DNA from: Amoebidium appalachense
Lineage: Eukaryota > Protista > Ichthyosporea
Reading direction: 5' to 3'
Assembly: GCA_963693365.1 (NCBI GenBank)
Contig: CAVNZM010000013.1
Coordinates: forward strand, 4,631,814-4,695,813
Length of the DNA stretch: 64,000 nt
Numbering within the stretch: position 1 is the first letter of the stretch; each line of letters opens with the position of its first letter. The notes under the pieces are model-generated. The model was given only the letters and a program-made list of their open reading frames with translations. It ran no database searches and was not told the origin of the DNA. Made by a program: the position numbers and the translations under genes. Of the stretch, positions 1 to 31,231 are shown one piece after another.

Positions 1-366
1 GGGGGGGGGGGGGGGGGGGGGGGGGGGAAGGGAGGAGGGTTAGAATGCTTTTTAGAGTATGAAGCACACATTCATGACGGACAACACAATGCATGAGTGC
101 CAAAGGGAACATAAATACACACCATAAGCAGGCACATCCTCAGTGGGAAAGGGGAGGGTGGAATGCATTAGACATCACAAGACAACACAAAAAACCCTCG
201 ACAAGAAATCTGGAGGCAGAGGGGGGGGGGGGGGGGGAAGAGGGGGGGGGGGGGGGGGGGACGAGGAAGTGGGGGAAGGAGAGGGTAGGGAGCAGGAGGA
301 GGAGGAAGGGGGGGGGGGGGGGGGGGGGGGAGGGGGAAGGGGAAGGAGAGGTAGGGGAAGTTATGG

Positions 367-470
367 GAGTCAGACTATATGTGTATAAGATTGTACCTTT
401 AGGGAGTCAGACTATATGTGTATAAGATTGTACCTTTAGTGAGTCAGACTATATGTGTATAAGATTGTAC

Positions 471-473
<3 letters not shown>
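367..473. repeat. Three tandem copies of a ~37-bp unit that includes the copine exon splice donor
   Basis: GAGTCAGACTATATGTGTATAAGATTGTACCTTT occurs at about 367, 404 and 441. On the minus strand each copy reads AAAG|GTACAATC. Confidence 0.9.
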
Positions 474-7188
<6,715 letters not shown>

Positions 7189-10027
7189 GTTTGCTGTTTA
7201 GCCTGTGTGAGTGAGCACACAGCCGTCTAGCTAACCCGGACTACAGTACCAGCCGGTCGGTCGGTGCGTATGTGTGCAAATGTGCAAGGAGCAAAGGCCT
7301 CCTAAAAGATTGGCTTGGCAGGGGTTATCTTGCAGATAAGGATGTTTTGAGTCTAACTGTGCACGCCCTCTATCTAGTCTCCAGATCTGGGCCGAAATTG
7401 GAAATTTGAAAAAGGTTTGCGCTGTTTCAATCTCAGGAATGGGTTCGACTGCGGCTGGGAAGGGCAGGCCTAGGAGGGGCACGTAATCAGCCGCTTTCGT
7501 TTGAAGAAGTCAACATGTGATAAATATGATCATAATACAGTGTAAGGCAAAAGAGAAACAGTCTTTTAGCAAGCACAGGTGAGGCCTCAGGGTTTACGTA
7601 ACGGTTGTACGCCACCTGCCATTTATGGCAAGGTCGACACCACCTGCTATTTATGGACAGCTTCACCTGCCATTTATGGCAAGTACGCAGATCGGGGGCC
7701 GAGGCGCGCATTAGACTAGTACTCTTGATGACGTAAGAAAGGGTAGGGCTATCGAAATCTGCGATCTGACGTACCCCTCCCGGTTAGACTAGATTTAGCG
7801 CAAAACTTGTGCAACCTTAACGCTAAATAGTTAGACGCAATCATTGTTTGGCGGCTCACCGGCCGCCGGCGGCGGGCGGGGGGGGCGGCCCATTTTCTCT
7901 TTTTCATGTATGACCCTCCTTTTTTGTGAAATCACCCTTTTTGGCCTCCCGGTAGTGGATTTTGCAGGATTTGACTTCTTTGAGGTCCAAAAACCTCAAA
8001 TTTTCCCCGGCGGGGCCGGGGAGGGAGAATTCAAAAATTGCCCGCTCCTGATATGGTACCCGGGCCCGCGCCGGACGTACTCTACGGTACCGTAGTACTG
8101 CTGTATACGTAGGCCCTAACGGTGAGCAAGCCGCAACTTCTTCAGTGTTGCAGTCTTCAGATCTATTTCTTGGCTTGCTAAGCCGCGAGGGTGCGACCAG
8201 CAGAATTTGGAAGCCGGCATGTAGAAGGTTGCCCCCTAGTTTCGTGCTGGTGAGGGGCTGAGTCACCCGGAGCGGATGTCGGCGGATAACCTTTGGCACA
8301 GTACGAAGCTTCATACAGGACCCGAATTTCAAAGCTAACACCTCCCCCCCCCCCCCCCCCCCCTCCCCCCCCCCTCCCCCCCCCTCCCCCCTCCCCCCCC
8401 CCCCCCCCCCTCCCCCCTCCCCGACCACCACCACCCACCCACCCACAACCCTCCCCCCCAACCCCGGTCCCTCCCAAATCTGGCTGGCCAGACCTCAGTC
8501 ACGCACTAAGTCTTGAAGCAGTAGGGCTTAAGCTTGCGCAAGCAGCCGCTGAGGTCTGCCGCTGGCCCTGAGGATCTCCGCCACGAAGTTTCTGGTGGCA
8601 GCTGGAGCCCCGCCACGTCTTGGAGCAGGCATAGCCAGCGAGGACGCGGACGGTGCTTTTATTGTGACGATGATGGTAGTCAACAAGGCCTTGCTATAGG
8701 ACCGGAGAACTGCTGTACCCGGCCCGCCCGGCCACGCCCACTGTCAAGTTGGTCTGCGGGGCTTGACCGTACAGAATACCGTACTGTGCCGGGCCGCCCT
8801 GCCAGAGGAACGTCGGACTGTGAACATAGTTGTGTCACGAGACTGATTGCCGTTTAGACTCACACCTGCCAGGTGTTTCCCAGGGCCCACCTTCACTGCA
8901 ACCGTTAATTAAGTAGCTGAAAAAGATCATCTGCATCTTTTGTTTTGGGTGATTGCATGTTAGTACCAGTGTACGTATACTGGAAGCGGATCCGGAGAAA
9001 GTGGCGCCAAGAGAGAGGGCGGGCGGGGGGAGGGGGGGGACAGGGGGGGATGAGAAACAGATCTAGCTTGATGTCGGATCCGAAGAGGATTCACGGGGGA
9101 GAACGGGGGAGGACGGGTGGTGGTAATTCAAGCTGGTGGATACGGGGGTTAGAGGGGAGGTGTTAGGGAGGGAGCGTGTAGCTGTGGTGGTGGTAACAGC
9201 GGTGGTTTCCTTCGAGGAAGAGAGCTACGTATATAAGGTTTGAATAGGCCTTTAAAGTGGATCCAGAGTAAGAACTTGGGGGTGGGTGGAAGGTGTGTTT
9301 GTGTTTGGCCGGGGGTGGGGGGGGGGGGGGGGGGGGTAAGGGGAAGTGATGATGGTGGTGGTGATTCAGTTGGTCGAGAGTCTCAGAGGGAAGGTGGGAG
9401 AAGGGAACACGTTCTGGTGGTGGTAGTAGTGGTGTGTTCTTTCGAGGTGGAGGAGCTCGAGAATAGATCTAGTGAAGAAGAGGATCCGAAGTAAACAGGG
9501 CGAAATTTAAATGGGGAGAGATGCTGAGGAGGGATGGTGGCGCCGGACCTTTGTACTCAAACCATCACTCTATTTACCCTGGCCCGAGGTACTCTATTCA
9601 TATGCCCAAGTTTTGTGTGTAACTTCAGTCAGTATGTTAGCTGAACTGCTCGAGTCGCTTGCCAATTGGCGCTCATCAGCTGAACCGCGGGACAAGATGC
9701 ACGCGGTTTTTGTCTGTATTTCGGCTTTTAGCCGTAGAAAGCACAAGCTCATGACAACTGGGTAGCTGCTGAGAGTGTCTATAGGGGCGCTACCTATCGC
9801 TTTCGCCTTACTACTTCAGGAAAACCTCACGAAAAGGGTGGCAAACATTTGTACTTCACTATGAACTTAGGCATCAATCTCCGAAACATGACCCTACCCT
9901 TGATGACGTCATCTTTTCAATGTGACGACCCTGTGCCTCGGCCCGGTACGCTATTTAGGAGGCCTTGCTCCCGGGGGAGATTACGACGCTCAGCCGAGGC
10001 CCGAGTCTTCGTGGCTCAGTCGGTCAT

Positions 10028-10066
<39 letters not shown>

Positions 10067-10165
10067 TCCCTCCCCCTCTCTCCCCTCCTCGACCTCCCCC
10101 TTCCAGCTACCGACCTCTTCCCTTCCCGGCCTCCCCCCCCCCCCCCCCCCCCCCCGCCCCCCACC

Positions 10166-10260
10166 ACTTGCGGACGTACTTCTTCTCCCACACAGTCCCG
10201 GCTTGGAATGCCATCCAACTATCTGCCTACGCTGTCTGCTTCTCAAGGCTTTCCTTCTCT
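10166..10260 (+). mobile_element. Possible relic of the ORF2 C-terminus of a CR1/L2-type LINE
   Basis: Translation RTYFFSHTVPAWNAIQ resembles the FFxRTxxxWNxLP motif at the end of CR1/L2 ORF2, and a microsatellite follows. The match is short. Confidence 0.4.
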
Positions 10261-10425
10261 TTTTCTGTGTATGTGTGCGTGCGTGCGTGCGTGTGTGCGT
10301 GCGTGTGTGCGTGCGTGCGTGCGTGCGTGTGTGCGTGTTTGTTGGTGTGTTGTTTATTATGTGTGTGTTTATTCACTGATATCCGGTGCACGTGGGAGAG
10401 GAAGAGGCGAAGATATATGGGGCAC

Positions 10426-10507
<82 letters not shown>

Positions 10508-10824
10508 GTCACACACACACACCGTCACACACACACATAAACACACACACACGAACACACAATCATACAAACACACACACGCGTCGTACGCACACACGCA
10601 CGTGCACACACACACAAGCCGAACAGTGTCAGCAGCTTCTATAGAGGGATTTTACTCCTAAGCACGACCTTGCAGAGAGAACAAGAACGAGAATCCGGTT
10701 GATTTGAAGGTTTGGAAAGGAAAACATGAATCGAGTGGAAAGGGGTCGTATTCGGGAACATGGCCAATGGGCACTTATGTCACAAATGAGAACCGGAACG
10801 AATGACGGGGTTCCAGGCGGGGAA

Positions 10825-10855
<31 letters not shown>

Positions 10856-11446
10856 CTCTGGATTGCAAACCTTGTGGAAATTTAAGCTTAAGACGTGCAC
10901 AGATATGCCACGAATACTTTGATCCGATATCCGGATATTGCTAGCAACAGAAATGTACGGATCCTGCCGTGTTTGGGTATGATTAAGGTTCTATTTGAGC
11001 CAAATGGGATATGGCATGCGGTAGTGTCCAACGGCATTTAAGTGTTTGTGTATGGTTTTTTTGGTTGTTTTCTACTAAAACTGCTCGATAGCTACAATGC
11101 CTGTACACCTGGACCGAGTTAACGTCATATAAGCACATTTCAATCACTCAGAGGGGCATCCCTTTATGGGGTTTTAGGAAACCAGTAACTCAATTGAACA
11201 GTGCTCGGATTTTAATTACGATTGAGTGACCAATTGCAGCCTCCCCCCTCCCCCCCCCCCCCCCCCTCCCCCCCCCTTCCCCAACCCCCTTTCCCCTCCC
11301 CCCCCCCCCCCCCCAAAAGGAAAGAAAGAACAAAGAAAAAAAAAGAAGAAGAAAAAGGAAGGAAGACAGGGGGGGGGGGGGGGGGGGAATAAGAGAAGAG
11401 AGCTAATATGATTGGGGTTGGGGAGACGGGAGAAGGGGGGGGGGGG

Positions 11447-11619
<173 letters not shown>

Positions 11620-12082
11620 GGACCGAGAGAGGGAGAGCAAAGATCACGGCAATTTATGGGGTTGAAAATGGAGATGTATGGAACTGGTCGATTTGCACAT
11701 AAATGTTGTGCATCCGGAATTTAATGGGATATTGATGTAACATGGTTGTAACCACATTATTATATATGTTCATGTCTTTTTCTCACGTGTGTGTTATAGC
11801 GAGCAAGGCTTGTCGTGGGCATATTAAAGCAGTAAATAATGTATTGCTGCTCACACATGTGTATTGTTCGTCGACATATCGATATCGTAACGACGATTGC
11901 TAAAGGGTTTATATGCACACACATCACGGTACTGGCTGTTGTATAACTGCACGAAAGTGGTATTGAGAGAACCAAACACGAAATTTAGGTCCACCAATCA
12001 ACGAAAACATGATTTAGGTGTGCCAATCACAACCTACCACAGCCGTACACAGCGTCAACGAACACGTGCACAGAGTACATCA

Positions 12083-12925
12083 TGTTACTAAACATCTTCC
12101 GGGTCTGTGTACACGACACGGGGCACGGACGGCAAGAAACTTGCAGCCATACAACATCTTTAGAAGCCGACCGTGACCACCAGTGAGCACGGCCTACTAA
12201 GCCTAGGCGGGAATCCGCCCTCAAGTGCGGCATAAGTTCGATTGCAGCACTACGGCAGCTTACGTATACGGAAGCTCAATTGTGCCAAGTTCCTCCCGGC
12301 GCCCGGCAGAAGTGAAGGCCCAGCCGTCAAACAACAAGTGTACAGCAGACAAGCAATCCGTACAATGGACGCCGACACCTCTATTGTAAATACGAATATT
12401 GGTACAATGTCATTTATTATTAAGTCTATAGCCAAACACGGAGTATTGTACTCGGAATAGGTGGCTGCGTCCGATCATTTTGGATTTTCGCTCCACCGAT
12501 GATATTTGTATGCCAATCAGAAAATTATAGTCGAATTAAGAGATTACCGGCCTGTTAGCCAATCGGAAGCCGGGCATCGATCCGGCTGGACCGGCCCCAG
12601 GTATATACACTTCAGTTCCGGCAGAATTCAGGCAGACTTGACTTCGGTTGAATCTTTACTACAACATCTGTAGTACGGCCATAAAAACATCTTGTACCTT
12701 TCGGGCGAGTGCAAAGACCCCTCCTGTGGTCTGCAGACAAATATTCTGTTGCACTGTTCACGCCTTTATGCAAACACTGAACAAAACACTGTCTGAATGC
12801 AAGCTAGTACATACAAGTATACATATATGAGTTGTAGGCCGGGCCTGGTGCCCCGTCCTGGTGCGTGTATATTCTCTCCAAGGTGAATAAACACGACTCT
12901 ACTAAGGAACTTACCACGTATTACA
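12083..12925 (+). mobile_element. Solo LTR (~843 bp) with 5-bp target-site duplication CATCA
   Basis: Starts TGT at 12083 and ends ACA at 12925. CATCA lies at 12078-12082 and 12926-12930. Inside, CCAAT boxes (~12513, ~12559), a TATA-like GTATATA (~12601) and AATAAA (~12886) follow U3-R-U5 order. Confidence 0.7.
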
Positions 12926-13049
12926 CATCACACGTCACTGAACTACTTTTTTTTTAGGCATTGGCACATTGTTATACTTCCCAATAATTCCTGTTCACCG
13001 AAACCAAGTTTTTATATTTGCAGCATGGGACAAGTTTGTACAAAATTGC

Positions 13050-13107
13050 GATCACACAAACAGACATACAAACACGATCACATACACTCGACACATGTGA
13101 CACACTC

Positions 13108-13149
<42 letters not shown>

Positions 13150-13328
13150 AATCCATCCACCCATAGCACACACACACACACACACACACGTGAAACAACA
13201 CAGACACACTCGGAGACAAACATAGTGTCACGCCGCACACACGCACACACATACACGCCCGCACGTGCGTGCACACATACACAGTGTCACGCACGCGCGC
13301 ACACACACGCGCACACGCACCGCACCGT

Positions 13329-13366
<38 letters not shown>

Positions 13367-14360
13367 GTAACACTGCCACCCACAATGACGTTCACCACTA
13401 CTTACCCTCCGCACTTAGCATGAACACCGCAAACAGTTGCATCCCATATTAATGTATGTATATTGATACTGCCCTACACCACCGTGCACACGGGTGTCAT
13501 GAATATCAGCACAGAGGTTGGAATAACGCTTCAAATTCGTATGATGTTCGCATATGCTCGAGGGGCCGGTGCCTGTCAACTTTAAGTTCGATGTAGTTAG
13601 ACGCGTTGCGCATGCTACAAAGTGTAAACAAACAATAACATAACTACATATCTGGACCAGTGCTGCAACACCACGGGCACACACGAACGAAAAATGACTG
13701 TCTGATGATCGAGTACTGTTATATACGCAGGTAGGAGGAGCTGACGAGTTTTCTTGCAACGTTTTGTAAATGTATTATCGTTACAATCGAGAATACGTGA
13801 TATCGTATCGTATCGATATCATTCGGATGAGGACTGACCGCCAAAACAGTCACATGCATGCACTAGTGTGTGTGTGTGGACGTGAAAGAGTGCATGTGTT
13901 GTGGCATGTTTGTGGGTGATTGTGTGTGTGCATGTATTTGCTTTTACTAATATTTGTGTATCACTTTGTGTGTGTGTGTGTGTGCGTGTGTGTGTGCGTG
14001 TGTGTGTGTCTGCCTGTGTGTGTGTGTCTGCCTGTGTGTGTGTGTGTGACGGTGTGTGCGCGCGTCACAGTGTAAGCATGTGTATGGGTCGCCTCGGTGT
14101 GGGTTGCCGTGTGTGTGTGTGCGCCATGTGCGTGTTTGTGTGTGTGTGTGCGCGCGCGCGCGTGTGTGTGTGTGTGTGTATGTGTGTATGTGCGTGTGTC
14201 ACGGTGTGTGCGTGTGCGCGTGTGTGTGTGTGACACGGTGTGTGTGTGCGTGCACGTGTGTGTGCGTGCGTGCACGTGCTTGTGTGTGTGCACACGGTGC
14301 ATGTGCGTGCATGTGCATGTGTGTCCGGCCATATCGGCATGTGTGTGTGTGTGACCGTGT
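13050..14360. repeat. Imperfect inverted repeat: CA-rich arm (~13050-13370) and GT-rich arm (~13865-14360) around a unique core
   Basis: The arms share interruptions, e.g. CACACACGCGCACACGCAC..CACCGTGACACAC (~13302-13336) versus the reverse complement of ~14195-14228. Confidence 0.6.
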
Positions 14361-15705
14361 GCCCAAGTATCTGTGAATTAACGAACTGCTCAGTACCCAC
14401 GTGGTAACAGCCATGATGCCCACTCACTAGTACTACTGAGTACTACTGTGTGCACATTTCACGGGGTGTCGACGTTGTGTCGGTCGTGTGCGTGTGACAT
14501 CACTCACATATAATGAACGAATCATGAAAGAGCTCGGAATAAAGTCGATCTCGGAATTATATGACCTGCAAGCCATCACTGGCAATTGGCAAGCTCAAGG
14601 CCAACGAGAGTACTTTTGTACGTTTCAAGTTCTTTTTTTTTTTTTAGCTGTATTTCTGAATGAAACTTTCTGTTTATGGCTGTAATGCACCCTCTAGGTA
14701 CCAGTCTGCAGTGTCTACGGCATGCAGTAGGCCTACGTTGTATACATGAAGCCTAACGGTACTGAGAGGGTACGTACAAGCAGTCATAACGCTACGGTAG
14801 GACTGTGGCTCAATGAAACTGAAAGTTCAAACCCTGACTACCGCGTGGGTCCATGTGGACCCTAAATCGATAAATAATTGGTTGTTGACGAGGACTGTAA
14901 AAAGCAAATGTGGCTCATGGAATCTTTCAATGCCTGAAGACACTTCTTGCTTAAGAGTACATGCTACATATCATTTGTAAAGCTATTCCATTAATTCCAA
15001 CACCATAAAACTAATGGTAAAAACATTGCTTTATATTTGGGTTGTCTTGACATGTGAGATAAAAAGATGTTGTGCCACAGGGATTTTCCTGCGCCGGCTC
15101 GTCTGGGCAAGCAGAACCATAGTATCCATACCATAAACTTACTGCTTTTTACTGTATTCTATCTGCTCGGAAAATCAACCAATAATCTAGGTTAGCCAAT
15201 CAATCAATGCTTATCGACGCCCTGATTAATTTTTCTGCACTTCAAAATGCAAGGCACCGAAGTTTTTTAGTGCTTAATGCAGGGCAAGTAATTAAAAGAG
15301 CCTAACGTACAGGGAAAAAAATTAATGCTTGTTTTCCGTTTCTGTTATAGTAATTCTGTTGTAAATAACCAGAGGCTCAGCAGTCGGCGCAAATTCGTCC
15401 TTGGTATGTGATGCGGCTAAAGCACATGTCAAAGCACGCAGGCCATCTACACACGATTGGTTGCATGAAAAAGCGGCCAAACTTTCAAACTTGCGGATCT
15501 ATCTGTGCGAGGAATGTATTTAGCATCTTTATCAGAACAAAAAACAGAGCTTACAAATAGTTTGGTCAATAATTACGTTCCTTTTATTTTTAAATCGTAA
15601 GTGAGTGTTGACAATAGCTGATATTAGTATTAGGTGTATTAACGAGGGTGCAGCCTTGGCGCTTTAACAAACATTGGCCCCAATGGCCGCGGGCTGTTAC
15701 CGCGT

Positions 15706-15762
15706 GATTGGTTGATGATCAGGAGGCTAACTTGACTTTGCTTTCCCATTCGGTATATAAAG
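15706..15762 (+). promoter_or_regulatory. Pol II core promoter of the ATP-grasp gene (reverse CCAAT box and TATA box)
   Basis: GATTGG at ~15707 and TATATAAA at ~15754, about 165 bp upstream of the ATG. Confidence 0.55.
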
Positions 15763-15921
15763 CAAAAACGACCGCTTATGGCATTCAGAATTTTGTGTCG
15801 CTGTACGCGCATTACTCAAGCGTCCCATTCTTAGAAAGTGTATTTTTCTAGAACTGTAGTGTAAACGACAACGCAGAGTAATAGAAAACTCTCCTGTACT
15901 TGGTTTTTTCAAATATCCGAA

Positions 15922-18121
15922 ATGGACGCCGCCACGCTGCTGAAGCTCAACCGCGCCGACGAGGCTACACAGCAGGCACGCCTTGACGCCGTCAACGGAA
16001 AGAACGTGATTTGGATTTCCCCCTTTGGAAACCACTGTGTGTGGTCCGATTATGGGCGCAAGTTTTACTATGGTACCCTGCGCGAAATGGGCATTAACCT
16101 GTGGATGGTCCTCGATCCTACGTTTGAGAACACACAGTGTATTATCGATGGTATGACACAGGACGGATACATGGAGAAGGGAGGAATCATTTGGGCAAAC
16201 ATCCGCGACCAGAGTGTCTCTGTGGAGAGCTGTTATGAGGCGGTGAAGAAGCTCGAGGAAGAGAAGGGAATCAAGTTCGGCGCTGTGTTTGGTACTGGCG
16301 ACCACATCCAGGTGGGTGTTTTGCTTCTTTAGTTTCTTTGCTTCTTTCGTTTTCAAAGTTCCTGTTTCTTCCGTTCTTCCTTTCCGTGTTTAACCAAATC
16401 CTTCCGTGTTCAAAGCTCCTGTTTCGTTCTTATTCCTACCTGTTTTCATTCAAATTCAGCTTAGTACATAAACAGAAACGAGTTAATTAGGTTACCCCCA
16501 TCAAGCACCAACCAACACCTGCGCTGCGTATAATCCCCTTGTTTGCCCTATTCATCTTTAGATTTTTGTGTTATTCAGCGTCCCGTAAAACCCCTGGTCC
16601 AACCAAATTAAGCACGTTCACATTTACTAACTTAACCCTTCTTGTCCTTGCAGGCTCTTGTCGGCGGTCTTGCAGAGCGTCTTGGTCTCCCAAGCAACCC
16701 CCGCACCAGCTACGACTGCGCCCGTGACAAGTTCCGCTCACGTGACATGTGCTACGCCGCCGGCATCGCCGCCCCCAAGTACGCCATCTGCAAAAACCGC
16801 GAACAACTCCCCTCGATTATTTCCGACCTCGAGCTCCCTTTCGTTATGAAGCCACAGAGCGGTGCTGGGTCTCTCGGTGTGTACAAATGCGCTACAGAGG
16901 TCGAGGTATACGAAGCGTTTGATAAGATTACAAAGGAGTTGACGGAGAGCGAGACTCTTGCGGCGTATGCGGGGTATGGACAGGTGCATGTGCTGTGCGA
17001 GCAGTACATTGACGGGGATGAGTTCGATGTGGATCTGCTGTTCAATGATGGCGAGTGTGTCTACAGCAGTGTTACTGGTCAGTGTTCATATGTGCAGATT
17101 TGAAGGTTTTTTACCCCTGTTTTTTTTGTGCCTACAAAGGATGTAGAACAAACACACACACACTCACACAACGTGCATACATCCACCCTCACATCATGAA
17201 GCAGAACAAACTCAAGCTCGCACACACATCACATGCACACAATGTCATGCACTCTCCCAGGTCCTCACATAAACTTCCAACAGTTAACCGATGTATAGCA
17301 AAACAGCCGAAAGTTTTCTCCCCCCTCCCTCCCCCCTCCCAGCACCCCCACCACCACCCCCACCCCTCCCCTCCCCATCTATACCCAAGTAAGGAACCAA
17401 CAATCCTTCCCACGTCACAAACCTTTTTTTTTAAGTTAAAAAAACATTATGCCACCACTTCTAACCAAACTTTCCCCTCACAGACAACTGGCCCACATTC
17501 GAGCCCTACTTCCTCGAAAACGGCGCAAACACACCCACCGCCTTCCCCCACCTCCGCCAGTCCCTCATCGACTATGCAATCTCCGTGGTTAAGGCCCTGA
17601 AATTCCACATGGGGGCATTCCATGTAGAGGTTAAATATTCCTACCGCTGGAACACACCTATGCTCATCGAACTTAACCCCCGCGTGGGCGGAGAGTGCAT
17701 CCGTCCCTTCAACAAGGCCGTATACGGGGTCGATCTATTGGTCAACAACATCCTTGCGGCTTTCGGCGTTCCCATAAACCCCCCGCGCTCTGAGACCCCC
17801 CAGTGTGGAAACGTTCTTTACGCAGTTTGCGCTGACAAGACCGGTGTTCTTATGAACGACCGTTTCCTCGATCATATTAAAGGACACCCGACCGTTTTCG
17901 ACTGCGAGGTCTGCTGCAAGCCCGGGGATAAGATCCGCGGTTTGGACACAGGTATCCCCATGTGGGTGGGCAAATTCCAACTTTCGACGGATAACGTCGA
18001 AGATTCGATTGCGCTTGCCAAGGAGATGATTAAGTCGATTAACCTGCCGATTCAGAAGGAGGCGGAGAAGGTGCAGGCGGAGGTCGCGGCTGCGGAGGTG
18101 GCTGAGTTGGTCACTGCCTAA
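15922..18121 (+). CDS. ATP-grasp peptide ligase, carnosine synthase 1-like / L-amino-acid ligase family; 3 exons, 483 aa
   Basis: Exons 15922-16311, 16654-17077 and 17484-18121 join in frame (1452 nt). Branch points are TACTAAC (16625) and TTCTAAC (17459). Motifs include ARDKFRSR, FVMKPQSGAGSLGV, EQYIDGDEFDVDL, DNWPTFEPYFLE, FHVE and LIELNPRVGG. Confidence 0.9.
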
Positions 18122-18702
18122 ATATGGAAAGTTGGTGCCTAAATTGGATGGGTTTTGCTGCCTAGATATGAAAGGTGCTCGGAATGTTGCTAACAGGATT
18201 ATCCATAGAAGTCAACCATGTTTTTTTTTTTTGTCTCTTACTAGCAGGGATAACGGTTTTGACCGTTTTTGGCGTATGAAGACCTTTTTTTTCTAATTTT
18301 TTTTTATAAAAAAAAACAGACGATATCAATTGATGTGAATGCAAGAAAGTTTTGAGGCACAAGATATGTGAAAGAGCTGCATTCCCCGTTTAGTTAACGG
18401 TTGCAATGCTTTGCATGTACAATTAGCCATACATATGACATACAAGACAAAACTAAATTTAAAGCTGCAACACGGGAAAATAAGAAACAACTCGGCCAGT
18501 TTATAACGGCAGGTTGCAAATAGTTATTATGGGCTGGCTCCCACAATAATAATATATTAATAATCTGAAACTATAAATATTCGTGGTCCTTTAAATTTCT
18601 CACCCAACGGTATTCGATCGGGCGGGGGGTGGGGGGGAGGGGCACAAAAACCTTGCCGGAGGCAGTACAGTACTCTCAGTTATAGTCATATCCCCCCCCC
18701 CC

Positions 18703-18733
<31 letters not shown>

Positions 18734-19099
18734 ACGCACACCACCACCACCACAAAAAAAAAAAAACGCACAAAAGCAGCCAGCCACACCCACACACTCA
18801 TGTGCACACGACACCAGAAAACCTCTCCATGCTAAATGTTCCATGCACACCAACTCGCCTATATCCACGTTCCCAACCACACGAGCTCGAGGCTCACATA
18901 TACAGCGCTGATTTCGTGATTGGTGTGCATAATGTTACGGCCAAACAGGCGTACATATATGCAATAATCCGTCCGCAAGATTCGGTATAACTCAATTGCA
19001 GCCCAGCCCAGCCTGGCCAGGGCCTGTGTTTTACTTGTAATTGTTGCCTGAACCTGCAAGCAAACTTCCATGAACCAATCTAGATGCTTCTGAAAAATT

Positions 19100-30050
<10,951 letters not shown>

Positions 30051-30309
30051 TGTGGCGATGGGGGTGTCAAAGAGATGTGAAAGATTGAATGTTCTTTGAA
30101 GAATGGAACGGTGCAAATGACGAGTAAAGATGTGTTGTAGGGAAGACTCGGAAAAACAGAATCGACAGAGATCCAGCCTGTACTGTGCTGTATTCTTAAT
30201 GACCTTCCGGCTCTACTTCTAATAATACGGTTTGGCAACAATGTATGTGACCAAAGGAATGGTTGTGCTTTCCTTTCGAAACTGACAGGCACACGTGTAT
30301 ATTTATATG

Positions 30310-30355
30310 GAGCAATGACGTCACGAAGTGTGATGTAATGACTGCGACCCAATCA
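30310..30355. promoter_or_regulatory. CRE-like TGACGTCA and a CCAAT box in the divergent ZNF622 / zinc-finger intergenic promoter
   Basis: TGACGTCA at 30316-30323 and CCAAT at ~30349, lying between two head-to-head genes. Confidence 0.4.
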
Positions 30356-31231
30356 AAACAGAGGCTCATCAGGGTATATTCGCCAGATGATGATCTGCTA
30401 GATACAAAATCTATGGTAAATAAAGAGCTTGGAGCGAGCATCAACCACATTATTGTAAATATTACATTTTTATTTTTATTTTTGCGATAGTGGTTTATAT
30501 GTACTGGCAGTTACCTCCATGAAAACATGCGTTCAAGTTGGACTGTAGATCTTGTGAAAAATAGGCCAATCACATAATGCATAAAATAACCTTAGAGAGA
30601 AGAGCGCGGTAACTTCAACGTTTATAAGTCCACCCCAGTCCTTTGTAAACATGAATGCGAAGTAACATGCAAAATTCTTATTCTGGTGCAAATAGAGGGG
30701 GAGAAAATGTTGATTTGCTGTAAAGTTCAACTAAACAATAATATTAATATATTTTCTATTGCCATAGGCACGCCTGATTTTTTCTAATAAATCTAGTGCT
30801 GCCGTGTTGCCCCGCACAAGACCCTGTTTATATTTTTTGCCGCGCCCATACCTCCCCATACACGATCCAACACCTGTCCGCATACAAAACGGACGCATTC
30901 ACAACGGGCAGGAGAAACGAAAAACGAAAAAGTGCACAGGAGAGAAGTTGTAAGCCACTACGGTGAAGCCCTCGAGTGCCCGCTTTGTTCCATAGCGAGA
31001 GAGAGAGTGAGAGAGAGAGAAACGGAGTAGTATGCTGTCTATAAATTCCTAAAGGGGTGTCATATTATCCTGGCTTCGTTGGAAAAGTAGGGCCTGTGTA
31101 GGTGTGCAGGTAGGAAATACAACACCTGCAAACTGTATATTCGAGTCGCCTGAGAGTGTATGTGCCAGGTCACACTTTCGTAGCTTTTGAAAACCCTTTT
31201 TTATTTTATCTTACCTAATCGAACATTGAGA

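Noticed and set aside
8880-9800. Unique sequence with internally duplicated GATCTAG..GGATCCGAAG motifs
   Set aside because: No coherent reading frame or recognisable family; probably a decayed repeat.
18459-18594. Kolobok-like TTAA|AG...CT|TTAA mini-element (a similar end occurs at ~32612-32620)
   Set aside because: The terminal inverted repeats barely match and could be chance.
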